Virus record (IMG/VR): IMGVR_UViG_3300012347_000093
Location: 1-35,606 of that record
From: a virus
Reading direction: 5' to 3' (one strand)
DNA: 35,606 bases
Part shown: in pieces, positions 14,100 to 20,590 of the stretch
How positions within the stretch are numbered: the stretch's first letter is position 1
Layout: the number at the start of each line of letters is the position of its first letter
Translations under genes and position numbers: made by a program
The notes under the pieces: model-generated
What the model was told of the DNA's origin: nothing
What the model saw: the letters and a program-made list of their open reading frames with translations, nothing else
The model's database searches: none

Positions 14100-14127
14100 A
14101 TAAACCATACTAAACTCCGTATATTTT

Positions 14128-14613
14128 CTATACAGTAAATTTATTGCCTTTTTTTAGGTTTTCTTTTGCTGTAATAACTCTTAAATTATCATAAGTATGA
14201 AGTCCACATACCAACTTACTATTTAATGGAATTAAATGGTCTACATGATACTTCTCAGTACCGTATTTATTTAACATTGCCGCTACAGAATAAAGGCATA
14301 ATATTTTTTCTAAATCAGCCCACCTTGGTATAGCATTTAATTTTGAAGTTTTATATTTTACTTTTAATGCATTATATTTTTCTTGTTTTTTTGCTTTTGC
14401 AGTTTTAATTGCTTGCTTTGATTTTTCTTTATTTAATTGTCTATATTTAGCAACACTACCTTTAATTTTTTCAGCATTTTTTTCAAAATAAATTTTATCT
14501 AACAACTTTTTACAAGTTTTACATTCTGTAGCAAAACCATCTTTTTTACTTTTATTTTTAGTAAAAGCATCTAGTGGTTTTTCTTGTTGGCATCTATAGC
14601 AATATTTAATCAT
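14128..14613 (-). CDS. HNH homing-type endonuclease
   Basis: HVDHLIPLNSKLVCGLHTYDNLRVITAKENLKKGNK is the HNH motif. N-terminal CYRC...CKTC Zn knuckle. Very AT-rich: 15 G+C in the 60 nt at 14401-14460 by hand count. Confidence 0.8.
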   Translation of the reverse strand: MIKYCYRCQQEKPLDAFTKNKSKKDGFATECKTCKKLLDKIYFEKNAEKIKGSVAKYRQLNKEKSKQAIKTAKAKKQEKYNALKVKYKTSKLNAIPRWADLEKILCLYSVAAMLNKYGTEKYHVDHLIPLNSKLVCGLHTYDNLRVITAKENLKKGNKFTV

Positions 14614-15611
14614 ACACCCCAGATTTTACCTCTAAATTGAATTTCACCAGCTTTCTCATCCCAAACTTGAACTAACTCAGGCATAAGCATATGACCTCTA
14701 TCAAAGGTTAGCATGGCAAAGCCAGACCGCCAGTCTTTAGGATTGTCCTCTGTGTAATCTGAAAATTGGTCACCATCAGGATTAGCAAGCATACCTGTTT
14801 GAACGCCATAACGAGTACCGTTGTAATCTGTATGTGGCTGAACAGCTAATACATGGGTATGACCAGTAACAAAGTGCTTACCACTATTTAATGCGTTAGC
14901 CCTACCAGCACCAAATGAACCCTTCCACTTGTGCTTGATAACTGTTTCGTCATTAATCCAGTAAGACCAACAAGGTTGCCATAGAGGAAAGTGGTCTTTA
15001 AGACAGAATCCCTTTACACCTTCAAACTGTGGAGAATGTGCCGCTAGGAATGTTTCAAATCTGGCATCATGGTTACCTAGAGTCCAGATAAGATTAGACT
15101 TAAATGTAGAAGCCTTTTCTATCTCGTTCATGTGATAGTCGACTGCTTCTAATTCTTCTTTGACTGATGGCTTAGAATCCCATCCAATACGAGGATGTCG
15201 GCTGATAGAAGCACCATCGAAGGCATCGCCATTACATACAATAATCTCAGGCTTGAACTCTTTAATCATTTCGACTAAAGCACGAAAAGCAGTTGTTTCA
15301 TCATCTGGGTAGAAATGGGCATCGGAGAATACTAGGACTCTGCCTTTCTCCATTGTGATACCTCTGCGGACTGAGTGCCTTGTGGCTTCTAGTCTTTCAT
15401 CAAGTTTTGCCTTGATTGCAGCCTTATCAAATGCTACGGTATTGCCTTTAACATTTTTTGTTTCTAGTAGGATTCCTCTTTCTGCTAGTTTATCCCTACG
15501 CTTATAGACAGTTCTTACATTAATACCAAGCGCATTAGCTACTGCTTGCGGAGATGCTAATTTTTGAAACAATTCAATAAATTGTTCTTCAGTACAAGAT
15601 GAAGCTGTCAT
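14610..15611 (-). CDS. HTH domain fused to a calcineurin-like metallophosphoesterase
   Basis: N-terminal SPQAVANALGINVRTVYKRRDKL is an HTH. All four phosphoesterase motifs are present: SDAHF, NGDAFDG, LGNHDARF and TGHTHV. Confidence 0.8.
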   Translation of the reverse strand: MTASSCTEEQFIELFQKLASPQAVANALGINVRTVYKRRDKLAERGILLETKNVKGNTVAFDKAAIKAKLDERLEATRHSVRRGITMEKGRVLVFSDAHFYPDDETTAFRALVEMIKEFKPEIIVCNGDAFDGASISRHPRIGWDSKPSVKEELEAVDYHMNEIEKASTFKSNLIWTLGNHDARFETFLAAHSPQFEGVKGFCLKDHFPLWQPCWSYWINDETVIKHKWKGSFGAGRANALNSGKHFVTGHTHVLAVQPHTDYNGTRYGVQTGMLANPDGDQFSDYTEDNPKDWRSGFAMLTFDRGHMLMPELVQVWDEKAGEIQFRGKIWGV

Positions 15612-15952
15612 TAGAGTTCCTTGGGGTCGTAACCTAGCTGAGTGGCTACTTTGTGAGATAAGGCATTAAAGACTGAATCGTGTTTATCCCAAGACTTACT
15701 ACCTTTTAGATACAGTCTCATATGGATAATTTCATGGGCAGTTGTTTTAGTGATATTCTCAAGATGTCCTATTTTTGCAGAAGAAATCCTTATAGTATTT
15801 GGTTCTGGTTCATATTCGCCATAACAGGTAGGGTCGTTATTAACCTCAAATACTACATTCTTGGATGGGGGTAGATTCCACCGATTGAAGGGCGGAAGTT
15901 GAATCAACATCTCATATACTGCTTGAACAGTTTGTGGAGTGACTAATTTCAT
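15611..15952 (-). CDS. SprT-like Zn metallopeptidase (putative)
   Basis: 113 aa with HExxH (TTAHEIIHM) preceded by YGEYEPEPNTIRIS, the layout of small SprT-like phage proteins. Confidence 0.5.
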   Translation of the reverse strand: MKLVTPQTVQAVYEMLIQLPPFNRWNLPPSKNVVFEVNNDPTCYGEYEPEPNTIRISSAKIGHLENITKTTAHEIIHMRLYLKGSKSWDKHDSVFNALSHKVATQLGYDPKEL

Positions 15953-15984
15953 ACCGCCTAGTATCCTATAGAAATATTACAATA

Positions 15985-16461
15985 TCAAGACTCAAACATC
16001 TCTTTCTCATGGGTTCTACGCTTAACTAGACCAGCCAAGACCTTACCGCCAGCCTTAGTCCAGACTAAAAACTGTTCAGCAGCACCTTCATAATCACCCC
16101 TATTGACCTTCATTCTAAGGGTAGAATTCTGCAAATTGCCCAATCCTACATTAAATGAGAAGGATACTAAAGCATCAAATTGCCCTTGTGTTAACGGTAC
16201 TTTGACCAATCTAAGGACTCCAGCTTCAAACCTAGCTAAGTCTTTTCTTAGTATCTCATCTATCTCATCGTTGCTTAGAACCCTATCCCAACCTGCAGGT
16301 ATAGGTAATTGTTTTCTATCAGCCAACTTAACTTTAGCATGGTTAGGGTCGATAACATGACCTACTCCTATAGTCCAAAGCAAGGCAGGGCATTGATAAG
16401 GTTTACTTCTAACACCCTCATCTTGCTTAATTTGATTAATACACTTTTGGCTAACTTGCAT
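15985..16461 (-). CDS. endolysin, GH24 (T4/P22-type lysozyme)
   Basis: DEGVRSKPYQCPALLWTIGVGH matches the E-x8-(D/C)-x5-T catalytic triad, with Cys at the Asp20-equivalent position. No N-terminal TM/SAR segment. Confidence 0.85.
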   Translation of the reverse strand: MQVSQKCINQIKQDEGVRSKPYQCPALLWTIGVGHVIDPNHAKVKLADRKQLPIPAGWDRVLSNDEIDEILRKDLARFEAGVLRLVKVPLTQGQFDALVSFSFNVGLGNLQNSTLRMKVNRGDYEGAAEQFLVWTKAGGKVLAGLVKRRTHEKEMFES

Positions 16462-16516
16462 TTTTAAAGAAGTCCTTAATTGCTTTAATTAGCGAACATT
16501 GCTTTTTAGCAGGGAT

Positions 16517-16542
16517 AGTCATATACATAGCAATATATGACT
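16517..16542. repeat. 9-bp perfect inverted repeat downstream of the GIY-YIG gene
   Basis: AGTCATATA (16517-16525), loop CATAGCAA, then TATATGACT (16534-16542). Confidence 0.7.
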
Positions 16543-16578
16543 GCTTATTCCGTATGTAGTCTAACCTCTCTGCGCTGG

Positions 16579-17154
16579 TCATTTTTTGCACTTATCAAAA
16601 TGATAACGATACATATTCCCACCTCCACCAACTAACCCACAGTTAGGACAAGTTACTAACTTTCTTTTACCTTTACAGGCTTCGCTTAGTTTCTTTGTAT
16701 AGTCTGGGTTATCAAGTCTTTTTTTAGCACCTTCAACATAAGGTTCTGAATCTCTTTTTGTGCCTTTAGTTTTCCCATACCTAGCTTTTCTTTCCTCTGG
16801 CGTAAGTCTTTGCATAACAGACTTCATATGCCAATCATCTCGTTTTGCTGGGCTTAAGTCACCAGAAGCAAATCCTGTAGCTGTAGTTTTTAGGTTATAT
16901 AACTTATCAATAAAACATTCTAAAAATGCTTCTTCTAATTCTCTTGCTTGTTCTACTGTTGTTGCAGTAGCAATTTGTTTAATTTCAAAGCAATCAGAAC
17001 CATATTTATTCCAAGCCCTTTGCAGTCTAATAGAATGATGCTTATTTTTATTTAGTTGAGTTTTATGTTCTTTTATTCGTCTTTTAATGTCGTTACTACT
17101 ACCAACATAAGCCATGTTGTTATTGACATTGACGATAGCATATAACCCAATCAT
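16579..17154 (-). CDS. GIY-YIG homing endonuclease (free-standing)
   Basis: IGLYAIVN...AYVGSSNDIKRRIKEH...N are the GIY/YIG, Arg, Glu and Asn motifs. C-terminal CPNC...HFDKC Zn finger. Inserted between the holin-like gene and the endolysin. Confidence 0.85.
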   Translation of the reverse strand: MIGLYAIVNVNNNMAYVGSSNDIKRRIKEHKTQLNKNKHHSIRLQRAWNKYGSDCFEIKQIATATTVEQARELEEAFLECFIDKLYNLKTTATGFASGDLSPAKRDDWHMKSVMQRLTPEERKARYGKTKGTKRDSEPYVEGAKKRLDNPDYTKKLSEACKGKRKLVTCPNCGLVGGGGNMYRYHFDKCKK

Positions 17155-17654
17155 TTTTTATTCCATCCTCTTGAACCGAACCAGTAACCAATACAAGCAC
17201 CTAACATAGCCATCTCATCAGAACTAAAGATAATATCTGTTGCTTTAATAAGGTCATCAACATTATTAATCAACTCATCGTGCATAAACATATAAGTCAT
17301 AATGCCAATATTGATTATAAATAGTTCTGCTACAAAAAGGTATGTGATTACAGGTCTAACTGTAGCCACAAAAGTAGAAGCCCAAGGAGAAGCCTTTTCA
17401 AGAACTTTAGCATCATGGGCATAGGCAGCTTTAGTCATATCTGCTTCAGTCTGCATTTCAATCTGGTCAGTCCTGATTTCCTCAATTTTAGCTTGGGCTA
17501 AAAAACCCCTTTCCATCATCTGCAATTCTCTTTCGGTTTGCATCTTAGCCAATTCTAGTTCATGGGATTTATCAGCTTTATCTTGAAAGAAATCCAATAA
17601 TCTAGGCAAACCAGAAACTAAAATACCGCCTAATGTTGAAATCAATGAAAACAT
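17151..17654 (-). CDS. holin-like membrane protein (resembles the GTA-type 3-TM holin family)
   Basis: Hydrophobic N-terminus MFSLISTLGGILVSGL, a coiled middle region, and two C-terminal TM segments (VITYLFVAELFIINIGIMTYMFM, AMLGACIGYWFG). One homing-endonuclease gene separates it from the endolysin. Confidence 0.4.
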   Translation of the reverse strand: MFSLISTLGGILVSGLPRLLDFFQDKADKSHELELAKMQTERELQMMERGFLAQAKIEEIRTDQIEMQTEADMTKAAYAHDAKVLEKASPWASTFVATVRPVITYLFVAELFIINIGIMTYMFMHDELINNVDDLIKATDIIFSSDEMAMLGACIGYWFGSRGWNKK

Positions 17655-17656
17655 AC

Positions 17657-18052
17657 TTACTCCTTATTAGCCAATGGATTATCTAAAGCCCTACGAATCT
17701 TGTTGTCGGTTTCCTTACGCATCTCTCGTAAGTCTTTATCGACTTCTCTAGAGAATTGCTTGTTATCTCTTTCTACCTGTTCAACAATCTTTTCAAGTCT
17801 ACGAACATCGTTTTTAATGTCGTTCTTAATATCTCTGGTGTAGTCATTAATCTTGGCTGTGTTTTCTTCTACAACAGATACCCTCTTGTCGTATTCCGAC
17901 ATATCAGGAATAGACTCCACTTTTGACCATGCTTCAAAAGCTACCCATAAGACACCCACAAGCGTAGATAAGACAGTTGCGCCAATACCAATAGCACCTA
18001 TTGTCATCTTCTTACCAAGTATCTCTACTTCTTTATCTTCCATATTGTCCAT
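17657..18052 (-). CDS. N-terminal TM plus coiled-coil protein (i-spanin-like architecture)
   Basis: TM segment IGAIGIGATVLSTLVGVLWVAF, then about 85 aa of charged heptad-like sequence (DIKNDIKNDVRRLEKIVEQVERDNKQF). Confidence 0.35.
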   Translation of the reverse strand: MDNMEDKEVEILGKKMTIGAIGIGATVLSTLVGVLWVAFEAWSKVESIPDMSEYDKRVSVVEENTAKINDYTRDIKNDIKNDVRRLEKIVEQVERDNKQFSREVDKDLREMRKETDNKIRRALDNPLANKE

Positions 18053-19439
18053 CTACCATTTCCTCATGCAGTTTGTGTGTGCCTACCATCATTAAATAAA
18101 AATCTCTGTCACTTCGTTTAATCGGCTTGCTTATCATCTTCTTGCTTAATAAATCCACAATCTGCACTTGTTCAATCTTTACTACTGGAGTTGCGATTGT
18201 TGGGACTTCTATATTTGCTACCTTGACCTGTTGCTTTGGTGCTTGCTTTGCATCTGGTTTTGCTTCCTGTTTTGTTTCTGCTTTGACAGCTTCTTTTGGT
18301 TTTTCTGTCGGTACAGGCTGTAACTGTTGCGTAGAAACAACACTTATCTGACTAGTTATCTGACTAGGCTTTGTAATTATTTCGTTTACCGTAGCATCTG
18401 CAACTATAGGTGTTTCTACTGATATTGCACCCGTAGTTGTTACTTGTAGTGAAGGCACAGGCTTGCTAGGAGTCACAATATTAGCTAAAGAATAGGCTTC
18501 AGCATAATTAGGGCATTGTCTATCATATAGTCCATTAAGGGCGCATTGCTGGGCATAATAGGCATCCTGATAGCCACTACATTGATTGCTATATAACTGA
18601 GAAATATTGCATTGCTGAGTTAAATAAGCCTGTTCGTATCCTACGCACCTAGAGTTATACAGAGGATTTAAGCTACATTGCTGATTAAAGTAGGCTTGTT
18701 CGTATCCTTGACAGGAAGGGCTATACAAAGCGTTTAAGCTACATTGCTGGCTTAGGTATGCCTGTTCATATCCAACGCATTGTGGGCTGTATAGAGGGCT
18801 TATAGCGCATTGTTGAGAAGTATAGGCTTCTTGGTATCCAGCACAACTAGGGTCGGATAACGGATTAGATAGGCATAAATTGCCTGTTGAAGCTACGCTA
18901 TCAATTACTAGTGTATTAGATGAATACCCTGAACCATGATAAAACTGTTCATATTGCCCTACATCTCCAGTTATTCCTCTGGTGACAGTACGCCAAGGAC
19001 TAATGTTAACCTTCTCGTAGTGCATACCAATATAGCCATCTGGTCTAATTTCTACGCCAAAGGTATTAAGGTTTTGAGGGACTCCATACTCTGAGATGTT
19101 TTCCCATGCGTATCTTTGGTACTGAGGAGTGCCTTCAGTTAGGAATCTGCCTTGCCCATAGTTAACTAAGTCAGTTTGTAGAGGAAGAATGGCAAAGCTA
19201 AATGGAGTACCGTTATTAGTCCTTAAATCAAATCCCTGACAGCACCAATGATTTTGCGGATTAAGAAACCCAACAACACCATTGCTGAACATATAAGACT
19301 CAGTAAATACACGACCATAGAAAGGGAAAGCAAATTGAAGTGGGACTCTAGCGTAGCCATCGTCAGAAATATTGTGTTGTACTACAACTTGTGCTGTCGC
19401 TATATTGCACCATAATGCAATAAGAACTAGCCACCTCAT
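18033..19439 (-). CDS. Sec-exported protein: NIDO-like domain, 22-aa Cys/Tyr/Gln repeats, and a K/P/Q/A/E-rich linker
   Basis: Signal peptide MRWLVLIALWCNIATA|Q. FAFPFYGRVFTESYMFSNGVVGF resembles the nidogen (NIDO) signature. The repeats and linker are described in the findings. Confidence 0.75.
   Translation of the reverse strand: MRWLVLIALWCNIATAQVVVQHNISDDGYARVPLQFAFPFYGRVFTESYMFSNGVVGFLNPQNHWCCQGFDLRTNNGTPFSFAILPLQTDLVNYGQGRFLTEGTPQYQRYAWENISEYGVPQNLNTFGVEIRPDGYIGMHYEKVNISPWRTVTRGITGDVGQYEQFYHGSGYSSNTLVIDSVASTGNLCLSNPLSDPSCAGYQEAYTSQQCAISPLYSPQCVGYEQAYLSQQCSLNALYSPSCQGYEQAYFNQQCSLNPLYNSRCVGYEQAYLTQQCNISQLYSNQCSGYQDAYYAQQCALNGLYDRQCPNYAEAYSLANIVTPSKPVPSLQVTTTGAISVETPIVADATVNEIITKPSQITSQISVVSTQQLQPVPTEKPKEAVKAETKQEAKPDAKQAPKQQVKVANIEVPTIATPVVKIEQVQIVDLLSKKMISKPIKRSDRDFYLMMVGTHKLHEEMVDGQYGR
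18492..18875 (-). repeat. coding tandem repeat, 66-nt period, about 5.4 copies
   Basis: C-x-G-Y-x-x-A-Y-x-x-Q-Q-C-x-x-x-x-L-Y-x-x-x repeated. The marker cattgct/cattgtt recurs at 18544, 18610, 18676, 18742 and 18808, exactly 66 nt apart. Confidence 0.9.
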
Positions 19440-19885
19440 TTTATCTTAGGGCGTTTAGGCATTAAATCAGGATTAGCTAACCAGTAGTCTTTAGCCTGAG
19501 TATTAGCCATACCGTTAATAGGACAAGGGACTCCACCATCCCACATAGCCCACCAGACTCGTGCATCATAGCAAAGCAATGCTACTGCAGGTGCTTTCAT
19601 CTGTAATGCAGATAAATCTCTAGATAATAGGACTACTTCACAATTCTCATCTCTTAAAGTCGTGCCTGTAGAGATACCAAAGATTTGGGTTTGTACTGCA
19701 GCAGATACACCACTACTACACATAATATTGTTAATAGTAGTGATGTTAGGGCTGATAGCAGAAGCTGGTGGTGACTTAACAATAGTTTCAGACTTACTTG
19801 TAGAGTCAGTTACTATAGGTTCAGCATAAGCTACTGTAATAAATACACCTAGAACTAAGCCTAAAATAAAATAAGCGAACTTCAT
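19436..19885 (-). CDS. Sec-exported hypothetical protein (149 aa, 5 mature-region Cys)
   Basis: Signal peptide MKFAYFILGLVLGVFITVAYA|EP. 4-nt overlaps with both neighbours. Confidence 0.65.
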   Translation of the reverse strand: MKFAYFILGLVLGVFITVAYAEPIVTDSTSKSETIVKSPPASAISPNITTINNIMCSSGVSAAVQTQIFGISTGTTLRDENCEVVLLSRDLSALQMKAPAVALLCYDARVWWAMWDGGVPCPINGMANTQAKDYWLANPDLMPKRPKIK

Positions 19886-20070
19886 TTGAAATGACCATTA
19901 CCAGCAAGCCAAGTCAAAAGTGCAAGAATACCAATACCGATAATATAAAATGCCTTCTTTACAACACCTTTGCCGACTGAAATATAGACATTCTGAATAA
20001 CCCTTTCGGTTACTCTCTCGACTAGATGCTCAATCTGCTCATCAGTTAAAGGTAAATTCTTGCCACTCAT
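19882..20070 (-). CDS. tail-anchored small membrane protein
   Basis: 62 aa with a C-terminal TM segment AFYIIGIGILALLTWLAG. Confidence 0.55.
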   Translation of the reverse strand: MSGKNLPLTDEQIEHLVERVTERVIQNVYISVGKGVVKKAFYIIGIGILALLTWLAGNGHFK

Positions 20071-20073
20071 TGA

Positions 20074-20283
20074 TTACTCCGCTTTAGGTTCTAGAGAGGC
20101 TTTAAGCATATTCATAAAAGCCTGTTTTCCTACTGCTAACTGGTCTAGGTTAAATTGTGATGAGCTAATCTTACGGTCTAAATCAAGAAGATGATTAACC
20201 ATCATCTGTTGCTCTTGAGTTAAATCTTCATATTGATACTCAACACCATCTATAGTTACTGGGGTCTTTTTATCTTTTCCCAT
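20074..20283 (-). CDS. hypothetical protein
   Basis: 69-aa ORF with its own AGGAG-like SD (aaaggagtaagtaATG on the minus strand). Confidence 0.55.
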   Translation of the reverse strand: MGKDKKTPVTIDGVEYQYEDLTQEQQMMVNHLLDLDRKISSSQFNLDQLAVGKQAFMNMLKASLEPKAE

Positions 20284-20308
20284 TACTTACTCCTTTAGTT
20301 AAAAAATC

Positions 20309-20590
20309 TTACCAAGGCAATCCGCTTGCGCTCACAGGATTCTTCTGCAATTCAATCTGAGCATCAAGGTTTGCTTCGATAGCTTCTAAGTCTAGTTTAT
20401 CTGCTACCCAAGCCTTAACTACTTCTTCAGTCAATGAAGCAAAAGGGATTACTGTATCGCCTTGTGCTACACCGACTGTGCTATATACAGATGCCATATA
20501 CTCACCATCTTGTTTAACAGCCGAATAGTGAACAGTAGTTACGATGTCACCGTTTGTGTTGCGGTCTAGTTGATTAATAATTAAGTTCAT
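20309..20590 (-). CDS. conserved small protein following the tail fibre
   Basis: 93 aa with a 4-nt overlap with the fibre gene. It ends ...NPVSASGLPW. From memory, similar small proteins follow tail-fibre genes in marine podoviruses. Confidence 0.55.
   Translation of the reverse strand: MNLIINQLDRNTNGDIVTTVHYSAVKQDGEYMASVYSTVGVAQGDTVIPFASLTEEVVKAWVADKLDLEAIEANLDAQIELQKNPVSASGLPW

Noticed and set aside
17657-18052. Embedded Rz1-type o-spanin inside the i-spanin-like gene
   Set aside because: I followed every out-of-frame minus-strand ATG (17808, 17847, 17930, 17948). The longest product is 24 aa and none has a lipobox Cys.
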